NCBI GenBank assembly: GCA_003971905.1
Contig: RSEE01000130.1
Span: 1-64,000, forward strand
Direction: 5' to 3'
Length of the DNA stretch: 64,000 nt
From: Moniliella sp. 'wahieum'
Taxonomy: Eukaryota
The notes beneath the pieces are model-generated. The model saw nothing but the letters and a program-made list of their open reading frames with translations, made no database searches and was not told where the DNA came from. Position 1 is the stretch's first letter, and every line of letters begins with the position of its first letter. Position numbers and translations under genes: made by a program. Below are positions 1 through 12,663 of this stretch, in pieces.

Positions 1-17
1 CCTAACCCTAACCCCAG

Positions 18-250
18 TTGGAGAAGGTGATTCTCAATGCGGTCTTGGGCGTGGGTGTGGGTGTGGCCGGGGCGCCAGCGGACATGGTGCGCGTGGACGA
101 TAACTCGGTCTTGCCCGCGCCGAACCATGCCGTGCTCCATCACCTCGCCGCTCGTCCATCAAGCGCGGCGTGCTCAGCGTCTCGACCACCACGCGCTACC
201 GCGGCAAGTACGTCACCACCATTCTCTACCGCCCTGCCGAGCCCGTGTAG
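18..250 (+). CDS. SNF1/AMPK beta subunit (Gal83/Sip2 family), last exon (ASC/AMPKBI domain); partial
   Basis: After a CTAAC...CAG intron end (1-17) reads LEKVILN...DDNSVLPAPNHAVLHHLAA, then (1-nt frameshift) SSIKRGVLSVSTTTRYRGKYVTTILYRPAEPV*. This is the conserved AMPK-beta C-terminus. Confidence 0.9.
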
Positions 251-2088
251 CCAGGCCATCGACGCGTCTGCGCTGCCCCCCTGCTTTCCTGCTCTCCTGC
301 TCTCTGGGTTTCCTGGTCTCCTGGTCTGCTGGCCTCCCCCTTGGTCAGATACGGCCCGTGGGGGGCCGCTGTGTCGGCGTGTCCTGCCCACTCCCCCCCC
401 CAATCCCCTGCCCACATCCCATGCATGTTGATACACATACCCCATCATCGCGCCTTACCTCTCTGCTACTGCCTACCGCCTAAAGCCCGATCCACGTAGC
501 TTCCAGTCAACTCAAGTGACTCATCTTGCCCTCCAAACCAAAAAACGCCTTACGGGTCCCCTCGCTCATTTTCCACGACCACCCAATACCAACGTACCGC
601 TCCCACCCCACCCTGATTAATGATTCCCCATGCGCCTCCCCCCGAAGCGGGGGGAAACAAGCCCGGCGTCCCCCTTCGTCTGTCCGTCCGTCCGTCATCC
701 GCCTGGGCGGACTCAATTAGTAGATTTTGCGTGCCCACCCACCCCGGTTGTTCTTGTTCCCACCAAGCTTCAAGTCCCAAGGTTCAAACCCCAAGCTTCA
801 AGCCCAAGCCACCAGCCTCACGCCTCGGTGCAGTGGCCCAGACTCGTCTGAGGCGCAGCGCGAACGACGTTCATGCCATGATGTGGCACCCTACCGTGAT
901 GGCCCTGTGCGTGCACCGCGAGACCAGTATGCCGCAGATGAAATGTAGTACAGGCGGCATCAGGGAAAGGATAGAGTGGGGTTCGGCCTTGACGTGGATC
1001 CAGTTCTGTCTCGGGAGTCTTGCCCCTCCTGTGCCCGACTGTACGCATGCGACAGAGAACAAGAGAAAGAGGAAGAGGACGACAGCGCGCCGGGCGAGAG
1101 CAACGGTAAGAGGGGGCCAGAGGAGAGAGAGCAGCGTATCGTGCCCAACCCCTGGTTTTGCACTTCAATTCACGGTTGCGTGGACGGGGTTTTTCGTTTG
1201 CCAACTCACAGCACTAAGGTGAGCGCGGGGAGCTCACCGCTCTCTGCAGGACAGAGAGGGTAAAGAAAAAAAGGTACGGTGCCGCACTGCCGTGGACTTG
1301 TCGGACTGATGCAGCCCTAGGCCTGGGGCCAGGCCACGGCCCAATACAACGCTGCTTTGTCCCGCAGGCGCAGAAAAGAGAGCAGGCAGGGTGAAATGAA
1401 GCAACCCCACGCATATGCCCTCAATTTAGCTGTTATAACAGTAACATGGATTCGATTCGAGCCTGACGAGACGTAGTAGTGTGCATCATGGTGCCGGTGC
1501 TCGCCCCGAAGCAGATTGACGGAGCGGCCAGCGCCGTAACTCAAAAAGGCAGCTGTCTTGGTCCGTCCTGTCTCCGTCTGCCAGTGGAAGGATTGTCTGT
1601 TTGCGCGCGAAAGGGCACCACGGCCAAGCGGCACACCAGCGTCGTAGGCGACGGTTCCCATGTGCGGGGTAAGCTGTCTCGACGGAGACGCGGCTGAGCA
1701 GGCTAGGACACCCGCCAACGCACGTCGTGGAGGAGGTGTATCGTGGTAGCCCTACGGGTACAGTGGAGTCTCTCGCACCGCCTGCGCACTCACCGTACTC
1801 ACCATCCTTACGGCGATATCTGTGAAATGTGATGTGTGAGAAAAGAGAGTGCTGGGCCAGTGTGGAGCTGGAGTGGCGGTTACGTGATGGGGATGACCGG
1901 TGGTAATGGCCGTGGACAGGCGTGTATGTTCGAGTGAGAAATGCGACTAGGGAGTTATACAGGCCAGAGCGTGTCATGGACAGGAGAGATGCAATCGTGG
2001 GGGGGGATGCGGGGCAGAACAGAGCACAACAGAGCAAGAAGGGGATGGAAATGGGGTTAAGAGAGGCGGTTATCGAAGAAAAGGGGGG

Positions 2089-2310
2089 CTAGAGGTAGCG
2101 GATGACGTATCCGCACTCGGTGCACACCTCGCACTTGGTGCCGGGGCGGATGGCAAAGAGGGTGTCCTTGTGGCAGCTGGGGCAGAGCAGCCCATACTGG
2201 GGGGGGGGGGTTAGTAGTGGTGGACTGGTCTAAGGTGGGGATGGAGTTGCGTACCATACTCTGGTGGTGGTGGTGGTGGTGGGGGGGATGGTGGTGGTGG
2301 TGGTGGACAT
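2089..2310 (-). CDS. Small zinc-ribbon protein (36-52 aa, two exons)
   Basis: Exon 2 (2196-2089) = YGLLCPSCHKDTLFAIRPGTKCEVCTECGYVIRYL*, with strong GC3 bias. It is preceded by CTAAC-polyC-CAG. Either donor GTACGC (2254, after ATG 2257) or GTATGG (2259, ATG 2310, MSTTTTTIPPTTTTTTR) splices in frame. Confidence 0.65.
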
Positions 2311-2587
2311 GGCCTGGACGGACAGGCAGGGGGAGGCGCAGGCGGAGCAGAGGGGCGCGCCAAGGCAGGACGATTGTTATATTCGTGCGCACTTGTATAG
2401 CCAAAACCACCGCAACGGCAGCGGTGACGGCGCGACCAGCACGGCGCCTGTGTGTAGCCCTGCGCCCCTTACCACCAGTAACACTAGGGTTGTTAGCTCA
2501 GCCACGTGCACGTGAACATTTCACCCAGGCGCTTTCTCCGCCGTGGACTTTTTTTTTTCCGGGGGAAACATCCGTGCGGCGGCTGGC

Positions 2588-2621
2588 TGACTGCGCGACA
2601 GGATATATATCTCGCTGACTC
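2588..2621 (+). promoter_or_regulatory. LYS2 promoter: Gcn4/CpcA-like TGACTG and TGACTC sites flanking a TATA-like element
   Basis: TGACTG 2588-2593, ATATATAT 2603-2610 and TGACTC 2616-2621, just upstream of an amino-acid biosynthesis gene. Confidence 0.45.
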
Positions 2622-2655
2622 CTTCTCCCCCCCACCAGTACCCCTAACCCAGCCC

Positions 2656-5600
2656 ATGCCGACTCCCCCCACCGCCACCGCCGACGCCGCCCGGCTGGAC
2701 CGCTGGGTGGAGCGTCTGCGCAGCCTCCCCTCCATCGCCCTCCCCACCGACTACCCGCGCCCCGCCGCCGCCCAGGTCGTCTCCGCCCTCACCACCACCC
2801 GCCTCGACCGCCGCGCCCGCAACGCCATCGCCCGCCTCGCCCTCTACACCGAGCACGAGGAGCCCCACCCCCCCCTCGGACGACGGCGACGACGACGACC
2901 ACCAGGACGACAACGACACCGACACCGACGACCAGGACGCCGGCCCCACCGCCTTCCACATCCTCCTCGCCGCCTTTGCCGTCCTGCTCCACCGCTACAC
3001 TGGCGACACGGACCTCGTCATTGGCTCCAGCAGCCCGCTCGACGCCAGCCCGCTCATCCTCCGCGTGCCCATCGAGCCCGGCGATGCCTTCTGGCAGGTC
3101 GTCCGCCGCATCCAGGCCGTCGAGGCCGAGGCTGCCGCCGACAATCTGCCCTTTGACGTGCTGGCCCAGCGCCTCGAGGCCGACCGCCAGGCCGCGGGCG
3201 ACACGCTGCGCACGCCCCTGTTCCGTGTGCGCTTTTTGGACGAGACCAGTGGACGGGCCGGGCGCGAATTTATCCAGACCACCGCCTCCACCACCGACCT
3301 GACCATCTTTGTCACGCCCTCCAGCGCCCCCGTGCCCGGCACGGAGCAAGACGACGGCGCAACGGCAGCCTCGACCCCGACCCCGACGGCGGCCACGTTT
3401 GGCACCGCGAGCGCCATGCGCCAGTCGCTCGTGCCTGACATTGCGCTGCACCTGAGCTACAATGCGCTGCTGTTCAGCCAAGCGCGCATGTCTTTCCTGG
3501 TCCAGCAGCTGCTGCATGTGGTGAGCATTGCCGCTGCCGATCCCACCTCGGTGGTGGGCACGATTGCGCTGCGTACGCCGGCCGAGGCCAAGATTTTGCC
3601 CGACCCGCGGACGGATTTGAACTGGTGTGGGTTCCAGGGCTCGATTACGTCGATTTTCGAGCGCAATGCGGCCCAGTTCCCGACCGACGCTGTCTGGTGG
3701 AAAGTGTGTCGACGGCCACAGCGTCAGGCGAGCTGGGTGCGCCAGCGGCAAGTGTGCGTGAAGTGAGCTATGGCGAGCTGGACCGCGCTTCGAACGTGTT
3801 GGCCCACCACTTGCTCGCGCACGGCGTGCAGCGCGAAGAAGTGGTCACGGTCTATGCCCACCGGGGCGTGGACTTGGTGGTGGCCGTGCTGGGCACACTC
3901 AAGGCCGGCGCGACGTTTTCGGTGATTGACCCTGCCTACCCGCCAGCCGACAAAACATTTACCTCCAGGTAGCCAAGCCGCGTGCGCTGGTGGTGCTGGC
4001 CAAGGCTGGTCGCTTGGCGCCCGTCGTGCGCAACTACATTCAAACCGAGTTGGACTTGCGTGTGGAGGTGCCGGCGCTGGCGCTTACGCCCGAGGGGGTC
4101 GTCTTGGGTGGTGCCACATCCGAGACGGATGCGACGGACGTGTTGGCCAGCTCGCAAGCGCTGGCGACCCAGAGCACGGGGATCGTGCTTGGGCCCGACT
4201 CGGTGGGCACGCTGAGCTTCACCTCGGGTTCGACGGGTATCCCCAAGGGTGTCCGTGGTCGGCACCACAGTCTGACGCACTTTTTCCCCTGGATGGGCCA
4301 ACGGTTTGGCCTGAGCGAGCAGGACCGGTTCACCATGTTGTCGGGCATTGCACATGACCCCATTCAGCGCGACATGTTTACGCCGCTGTTTTTTGGTGCT
4401 GAGCTGCACATTCCCACGGCCGAGGACATTGGTACACCCGGCCGCCTGGCCGAGTGGATGGCGGCGACCAAGGCTACGGTCACCCACCTGACGCCGGCCA
4501 TGGGCCAACTCTTGTCGGCGCAGGCGGTCGCGTCGATCCCGACGCTGAAGAATGCGTTTTTCGTTGGCGACGTGTTGACCAAGCGGGACTGCACCCGTCT
4601 CCAAGCGCTCGCGGCCAATGTGACAATCATCAACATGTACGGCACCACAGAGACGCAGCGTGCCGTGTCCTACTTTGCCCTGCCGAGCGTCACGGCCGAC
4701 GCGGCGTTTCTGCGCAGCCAGAAGGACATTATGCCCGCCGGACAGGGCATGATTGATGTGCAGCTGCTCGTGGTTAACCGGAACGACCGCACGGTCACCA
4801 CGGCCGTAGGCGAGGTGGGTGAGATTTACGTTCGCTCAGGCGGCTTGGCCGAGGGCTACCTAGGCCCGGCCGAGATGAGTTTGGAAAAGTTTGTGCCGAA
4901 CTTTTTGGCGACGGACCTGCAGTGGCCCGATACGCTGAAGGGCACGCCAGCTGGGCAGTTTTGGAAGGGCGTACGCGACCGCATGTACCGCACGGGCGAC
5001 TTGGGTCGGTACCTTCCCGACGGCACGGTCGAGTGCACTGGCCGCGCAGACGACCAGGTGAAGATTCGTGGGTTCCGCATCGAGCTCGGGGAGATTGACA
5101 CGCACCTGTCACGCCACCCGCATGTGCGGGAGAATGTGACGCTGGTGCGGCGCGACAAGAACGAGGACAAGGTGCTGGTGTCGTACTTTGTTCCCGGTGC
5201 TGGCGCGGTCGAGTTTGAAGAAGAGTTGAGCTCGGCCGCGTCGGGCGAGGAAGCTGGTGGTGGTGGTGCGGCGTCCAATGCGGCATCGGCGCGCGATGTG
5301 GCACTGGTGCGCGCTGTGAAAAAGTACCGGCTGCTGATCAAGGACATTCGCGAGTTTCTCAAGCGGAAACTGCCGTCGTACAGCGTGCCGACGCACTTTG
5401 TGCCCATGAGCAAAATGCCGCTCAACCCGAACGGCAAGATTGACAAGCCTGCCTGCCCTTCCCCGACACGGCGCTGGCCAATGCCGTTGCGGCGGCGCAG
5501 ACCCGTTCGCATTCGCACGCGGCGCATGCGCGGCCGCAGAGTGCGACGGAAACGACCGTGGCGCAGTTGTGGACGCAGCTCTTGCCTGGCCTAGCGCAGC

Positions 5601-7347
5601 CCGTGCCGATGGACGAGAGTTTCTTTGACCTGGGCGGCCATTCGATCTTGGCTACGCGCTTGGTGTTTGAGTTGCGCAAGGCGTTCGTCATCAACGTGCC
5701 CTTGGGCGTCGTGTTTGACCACCCGACGGTCGCTGGTCTCCCAGGCCATCGACACGATCCGCGCGCAGGACGGCGCGTTGGGCTTGTCGGTTCCCGGGGC
5801 CAAGGAGGCCGAGGCGGTGGCCGCGGCCGACGAGACGGACTATGCTTCGGACCTGGCTCCGCTCGTTGCCGACTTGCCCGAAGTCTACCCGCCCGCCCGC
5901 CCGGCGACCGAGCAGCTCACCGTGCTCTTGACGGGTGCAACGGGCTTTTTGGGCAGCTACGTGTTGGCTGACTTGCTGCGGAAGCGGACGGTGTCAAGCG
6001 CGTCTTGGCCCATGTGCGGGCCAAGGACACCGAGGCCGGCCTGCAGCGCCTCCAGGCCGCAGGCACCAACCGCGGCGTGTGGGACCCGTCCTGGGTGTCC
6101 GCTGGCCGGGTGGAGGCGGTCGTAGGCGACCTCGAAAAGGAACGGCTGGGCGTCGACAAGCCGACGTGGGACCGGCTGGCCAAGGAGGTGGATGTGATCA
6201 TCCACAATGGCGCGTTGGTACGTGGACTTTGCCTGGCGAGCGGGGTGGATTGGATGGATGTGTACTGACCGTTGTTGTTCTTGTTTGTGGGGATGTAGGT
6301 GCACTGGGTGTACCCGTACCAGCGGCTGCGCGCGGCGAATGTGCTGAGCACGCAAGCGCTCCTGCAGCTGGCCGGCACGGGGCAGGCCAAGACACTGACG
6401 TTTGTCTCGTCGTCGGCGCTGGACACGAGCTACTATACGGATCTGAGCGACTCGCTCGCGTCGTCGGGGCAGGGCGCCGGGGTGCCGGAGAGCGACGACC
6501 TGGGCGGGAGCCGGACGGGGCTCAAGACGGGGTACGGGCAGTCGAAGTGGGTGGCGGAGCAGCTGGTCATGGCGGCGTCGCGCGCGGCGCCCGGGCCGGG
6601 ATCGTGCGTCCCGGGTACGTCGTCGGCGACGCGCAGACGGGCACGAGCAACACGGACGATTTCCTGGTGCGGCTGATCAAGGGGTGTGCGCAGCTCGGCG
6701 CGTACGCCGAGATCCGCAACCTGGTCAACATGGTGCCCGTGGACCATGTGGCGCGCATCACGACGCTCGCGGCGCTGGACATTACGCTGCCCGCCGAGCG
6801 CGTGCTGCAGTCGGCCTCGGCGCTCGGTCAGCCCTTCACGCCGACGCCCGTGTTCCACGTCGAGGGCCACCCGAAGGTGACGTACGACCTGGTGCTGGGC
6901 TCGCTCGCGCTCTATGGCTGGCCGTCGCGCGCGAAGAGTACATGACCTGGCGCAAGCATCTCGAAGAACACGTCTTGCGCAGCAGCAGCGCCACCGGCTC
7001 CAGCGACGAGGACAATGCCCTGTTCCCGCTCCTGCACTTTGTCCTGGACGACTTGCCCACATCGACCAAGTCGCCTTCGCTCGACGACCGCAACACGCCG
7101 CATCCTCACCGCCGCCCACGAAGCGCCGGCCGACGGCGTCGTCGCCGGCATGACGACCGACACGCTGGGCCTGTACCTCGCCTGGCTCACTGCCGTTGGG
7201 TTCTTGCCCAAGCCGACGCGCGCCGTGGGCACGCCCGTGTCCAGCGCGCACGAGCAGGGCGACGAGCACGCCCCTCGCACCGTCTTGCCTCTGCCCAAGG
7301 TCACGGCCGATGCCAAGGCGGCCCTGGGCCGCGCCTCGGCGCATTAA
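2656..7347 (+). CDS. LYS2: L-2-aminoadipate reductase (A-T-R NRPS-like enzyme of lysine biosynthesis)
   Basis: N-terminal LPTDYPRP; A-domain [37 protein letters not shown] motif [15 protein letters not shown]-domain [11 protein letters not shown] and [10 protein letters not shown]. Intron 6218-6298. Several 1-nt frameshifts. Confidence 0.96.
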
Positions 7348-7761
7348 TCCTCCCTCCCCCGCCTCGCGCGATAGCTACTAGCGCAACTGCTCCCCCCCTC
7401 TGCTGTGCTGCCGTACTATCGTGCCTGCAATGACATCTACCGTTTCGGCCTGAGTACTGAGTCCTGTTGCTGTGCACGCGAAGCCGGATCTGCCCCGTGC
7501 GGGGTCGGCTTCACCCTTAGTCCTCACAGTCCCTGGACACTGCGAGGGCGCACCTACCAAACCATACTAGTTCCGACAGAGTTGACTGGCATGCATGAAC
7601 GTCATGAACAGGACATTGCATGAGGCCTGAGGCAGGCCAATGTAATACGACAGGAGTGTTGAAAAGACAGGTACTTCCTGCAGTCGAACTCGGCAGTCCG
7701 GCGCGGGGGAGAAGGAGAAAGCAAAACAGACCAAGGGGAACTGAGCACCTAGTCCCAGTGA

Positions 7762-7795
7762 CAGTTACAGTTAGTTACAGTTACAGTTACAGTTA
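7762..7795 (+). repeat. (GTTACA)n microsatellite
   Basis: cagttacagttagttacagttacagttacagtta. Confidence 0.8.
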
Positions 7796-8121
7796 GGAAG
7801 CAGTAGTACAAGGGGCGGGGGAAGCGCATCCGACGAGCAACCGTCTGGCAGCCAGCAGACACATGAAGCACATGACGGCCATGGCCCGTGCCAAGTGCCC
7901 AGCCCGTTACTCCTCCAGAGCCCATCGGGAGCCAGGCAAGCCCCCCGCTCGCATGCCGCCCGCCCAGCGCGCAGAGGGACTCAGAGCAGAGTGCAAAAGA
8001 CAAGACAAGGCAAGGCAAAAGGCAAGGCAAGGGAGAGGCGTACGTGTCCTTACCGTTACCGTTATGGTGATGAACGGGATTGCTGCTGTGGCCATCGTGA
8101 CCGTGGTCAAGGACACGGACG

Positions 8122-10981
8122 TCATTGGCACTGGTGGTGATCCTGGTCAGGAACGACGCCAGGGGAGTTCTTGTGCGGACGGTGCTTGTACCAAGCCGGG
8201 ACGGGATTGGCGCGGTGAGCAAGGGCGAGGGAGCGGGCCAAAGCGCGCCGATCCGCTTCGTCCTGTGCGTGCTTTTGCTCGAGCGCCTCGGCGCGCGCAC
8301 GCTCCACCACAGCCTGGTGCGCATCCCGCAGTTGGGTCCAGCGTGCCCGTTCGGCCGCGCGCACCGCCAACGCCGATGGCGGCGCACGCCCACACCGCGT
8401 ACGACTGTCCTTACTGTCCTTGGCCTTGCTCGCTGCGCCGGCGATCGCTTGCGCCGCCGCTGCGCGCCAACCGGTGCGCCGCTAACGTTTCCCTCCGCAC
8501 CAGCTCGGCTTCCCGCTGCGCTCGCTGTTCTGCCTCCGCCGCGATCTGGGCCTTGCGCTGCTGCAGCCACGCCGGGACGGGGTGGGCGAGGGGCTGCCGC
8601 GGCACTGGGACAGCAGGTTGGTCGCGCCCGTCGCGGGTGGGCTTGGCTGCGAGACGTGCTGCCAGTCGAGCTGCGGCGCCGGGCGCGCCGGCGCACAGAT
8701 GGGCACCCATTGGCCCGTCGAAGTTTGGCGGAAGCCCGTGGGATGGGACGAGGTGGGCGCCGGGAGAGCGGGAGCGGCAGAATCGGTGGGATCAGTACGA
8801 TCGGAAGGAGTGGGGCTCGGGTCGGCCGGCGCGCGCCGGGCGCGGTGTGAGCAGGGTGGGAACGGCGGTGGATGTGGGCAATGCGATGGGGGTGCGTTTG
8901 GCAGCTGGGGCGGCCTGGTGGGTGCGCGGCCGACCAGTGCGACGACCGAGGGACGGACGGAGGGGTTGGGTACTGCCTAGCCGCTTGCTCGCTCGCGTGG
9001 GGGGACGGGCCGCCGTGGCTCGCTGCCCACTCGAGGGGGAAGAGTCCCGGCCCAAATCCATGTCCATGTCCACGTCCTCGTCCACGTCCTCCTCCACGTC
9101 CACGTCCACGTCCACGTCCTCATCCACGTCCGGCGAGGAAGAGCCACCTCGGGTCACCGTCAAACCCTCGTCTGGGTCTCCCACACCTGGCTTGGGCGAC
9201 GGAAAAGATCCACTGGTTCATCCACTTGTCGGCGTTCCCGCGTTCCCGCTTTGCCCCGGCGCAGCGCGATCCTGCTCCCAACCCAACTGCGACGCAGTGG
9301 GCTCTGCGCTTGTCCGAACGCCTGAGCGGCTCGTCCCGCCCGAGCCAGGGGGAAGGCGCTCAGGTCCAGGTTGGCTGCCACGATCCAAGGGCGCAAAGCC
9401 AGCTGGTGTTTTGCCTGCAGGACGGGCAGGAGGCAGGCGGGAAAGAAGGGCAGAGGTACGGATAGGGTCTTCGGGGCCGCATTCCGGTCCAGTTGGGGGG
9501 AGAGGTGGCTCCTCTTGGGCGGTACGTTTACTTGACTTGCTTGGCTTGCTTGGTTTGGGTGCGCCTGTTCTCTTTGGATCGCGCAGACGAGGAAGAAGAG
9601 AGGCCGATCCACCACTTCGGTGAAGCAACTGCGCCTACCCTCGACCTGGTTGCCCGGCGTAGCCTTGCTTGACCAAGGCAGGGATACGATGGGATCAGAG
9701 CAGGGCGGCACATTGAGCTCGCTTCGCTCTGTGGGCACAGGGGCAAGCGCAGGACGGGTAGATTCGGATTCGAATTCGGATTTCCCTGCCCGTACCCGTG
9801 CCCCAATCCCTGCCTCTGCCCCTGCCTCTGCCCTGCCTGTGCCTCTGCCTCTGGCGTTCCTCCCTCGGCACGAGACGGCGGAGGAGCGGCCATCAAAGAA
9901 GCCAGACCCAACCGCGCCGACGCCGTTCCCGCGCCTCATCCCGCTGCACCAAGCTCTGTCCCACGACGCGTCCCAGGGCCGAGAAGGAGGCATCGACTGT
10001 ACCTAGGTTCGGAGCAAGTGTCTCCGCCTGATTCGGGGCGTGGTTTGGGTCCTGGCCCCGCGTGGCGCAGCAGCCTGGGCAGGAGCAGCCGCCGGGAACC
10101 GGGCATCGGCAGGAGCGGGGAGCGAAGTGTGGGGCGGTTCAGGCTCGGACTCGGATGGAGGGTGAGGGTGAGGACGAGGTTGGGGATCGGGGCCCGGCGG
10201 GATGGTGGGTTCCGTTGTGGTTGTGGTGATCGCCATGGGAGCGTCGGTGCGCTGCCGGCTATGTGGCGTGCGAGGGGAGCGACTGGACGAAGCTAGAAAG
10301 AAGGGGGAGGGGGTGAGTGCATGGCCTAGCCGAGGGGGGGGGAAGAGGGGGGCCGACAGAAGAACGTACCTTGCAAACCGGGCCGCGCGCTGCGGTTCGG
10401 CCTGCTTCTGGAAGTGCGCGGGCAGTGGCAAGAGCAGGAGCAGAAGTAGAAGCAGGAGCAGCGCAGCGCGTAGGGCCAGGCGTCGAGAAGAGCGGTGGCC
10501 GCGCTGGGCAGCGGCAGGGGAGCTGGTCTTGTGGCCGGCAGAAAACCGAGGCGGCATGCGCCGAGCTGCGTTTCTGCCGGGGGCACGTGCCCCGTTCGCG
10601 GGCGGCCGACTGGCGAGGCCGGGAGGGGGCGCCGCGTGGCGCTGGGTTTGTGCCTCCTCGGCCCAGGCGAGACGCTCCAGCTGCTCTTCGTCCAGCGCAT
10701 CGATGGTCGTGGCGCCATCGCGGGCGGGGAGCTGCCGTCGGCGCGCACCAACACGATCGCGCGGGCGATGCGCATTGTAGCACTCGGGACTGAAGGCGAG
10801 CGTGGTCATCTCGGATCCCACGGGCAGCTGCCGCTTGGCCGGCGAGGCGTGGCGAGCGGCGACGAGGCGCGCGCCGCATGGTTAGGCGACGACTGGAGCG
10901 CTGGCCAGCTGGCGCGTCAGGCTGAGCGAAAGGTCCATCAGCATCGTCCTCCATGCGCGGCGTGGCGAGCGGGCTGGCCAT
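8122..10981 (-). CDS. Large low-complexity protein with C-terminal TPX2-like coiled-coil domain (putative microtubule-associated)
   Basis: A chain of minus-strand ORFs from ATG 10981, with intron 10369-10293 (GTACGT...TAG) and an acidic (DV/DE)n stretch. C-terminus RAAERARWTQ...EADRRALARSLALAHRANPVPAWY resembles the TPX2 C-terminal HKANP(V/I)P motif. Multiple frameshifts. Confidence 0.6.
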
Positions 10982-11167
10982 CGCGGCGGGCGTGGTGGAC
11001 AAGTGGTGTTGGTTGCCAGAGAAGGCACGAGCAGCGTGCTCACCCATTCTCTACGCTAGCACGTGACCTGCCCGTTGCGCTTAATTCTGTTCTCGCGGGC
11101 CAGCCATTGGGCAATTTATTTTTTTGCGGGATCAATACGCGTACGCAAAATGTTTGGCTGGCCGACA

Positions 11168-11248
11168 CCTGGGCCGGACGAACGAGGTCAGCCCCCACCT
11201 CATCGCCCAATGATCTAATGGAGACGTACTACCATCCTAATCTGGACA
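11168..11248 (+). repeat. Direct repeat copy 1 (pairs with 12579-12663)
   Basis: cctgggccggacgaacg...catcgcccaatgatctaatggagacgtactaccatcctaatctggaca. Confidence 0.85.
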
Positions 11249-12578
11249 CCCCTCTGTCATGGGGCGGGCCCCCGCCAGGGGGCTCGCCCGGGTTTATGGG
11301 GTACAATAAGTCCCTTAGGAGACGGTCGCGCTCGACTCACGGTAGTCTCGGGCTTGGGCTGGTAGGTAGTGGATCCGAACGGCGCTAGGGAGGACGAGAG
11401 GCCTTTGGGCGCGAAGCCGAGACGGCTGTACGTGTAGCAACTGGGCTGCGTATTATTCACCGGCTTGGGGCGTAGTAACGTTCTGAAGCCTCCGAGGCTT
11501 ATATATAGGGACGGGTGGTCGGAGGCAGGGGTGGAACAAACTCTGCCACAGCTGAGGCTGGACAAGGACGGCTGCCAACGTGGCTGGAACGAAACACACG
11601 CGAGGAGCTCGTACGGGGAATCGATGCGGTTGAGGGAAGGCTCGCGGGACTGACGGGTGGAGGGTGGAGCGAGGACGAGATCGGAAAGAAGGTGGGAGCT
11701 AATTGGAAAGGAGGCTGCCTGTACTGGATCAATTGGCTGGGAAACGGGCGGGAATAGGACGGATAGGCGGGAAGGAACGACGAGAGAGGACGAGAGGGTA
11801 GACGAGAGAGGACAAAAAGATGGAAGGGGCGGGGAAATGGACCCGCTTTAACCACTGGGGTACAGGCAATTAGGTCAAAGGGGAAAACGGATACAGAGGG
11901 GGTTAGAAAGGAAGGTATGTCAAAAGAGGGGTGGTTACCGCAGGCACAACAGCGAGAGGAAAACGAAACCGGGGATAGAGGCGCCAATAGTCGAAAAGTT
12001 CCTGGGAAGTTGGTGGCCGTTAGTACCTAGGGACTTTTGAGAGTGGGGGAGCGACTACTAATATTGTTCGCGGACTCCTACGGCACCAAGACAGCTGGAA
12101 GATGTTTGCGCATTGGAAGGATTTGGCTACTAAGTCTCAATGGAACTGGTTCCTCGCTCGGATGTCAACCACGTTCATCCGTGTCTACACGCGCTACCTA
12201 GGGTACGGGACCGGATGGTGAGAAGCAGAGGGTCCTGATATCCTGGCGATCCCCCCGGTTCCTTAACCTTGATGGCGCTTCCAAGCAACTCCCGCAAGAT
12301 GAACGGTTCGTTTTAGACGTATAGCGTTTCCCCTGTCCCAGCCCTAAGCTCTGTCAATGATATGGAGCAGAAGAGAGATATCCTCCGGGACGCATTTTTG
12401 AGCAGCGGGAGCGCACTATAACCTCCGTTCCATGCCACTCGGTCCGTTCCATGCTGGCCCGAGGAGCACAGGAGGAGGACGAGATGGCAGACCATCCTGC
12501 ATCATGGGTCATAGATCGATCGCCAAGTACCAAGGTGTCGCCAGCTCTGTACGTCGCAATAAGTTCTGCCAACGGACG

Positions 12579-12663
12579 CCTGGGGCCGGACGAACGCGGC
12601 GAGCGCCCCCCAGCCCATCGCCCTATGATCTGATGGAGACGTACCACCATCCTAATCTGGACA
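12579..12663 (+). repeat. Direct repeat copy 2 (pairs with 11168-11248)
   Basis: cctggggccggacgaacg...catcgccctatgatctgatggagacgtaccaccatcctaatctggaca. Confidence 0.85.

Noticed and set aside
1..17. CCTAACCCTAACCC as a telomere end
   Set aside because: Only two units, and they form the CTAAC branch site plus CAG acceptor of the intron preceding the AMPK-beta exon.
620..2037. Several 100-200 aa ORFs between the AMPK-beta gene and the microprotein
   Set aside because: No codon bias or recognisable motifs; likely spurious.
2656..7347. NRPS secondary-metabolite cluster
   Set aside because: The A-T-R protein has Lys2-specific motifs and no tailoring enzymes are nearby.
7863..9623. 586-aa plus-strand ORF
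   Set aside because: Antisense shadow of the minus-strand TPX2-like gene in GC-rich DNA; no domain.
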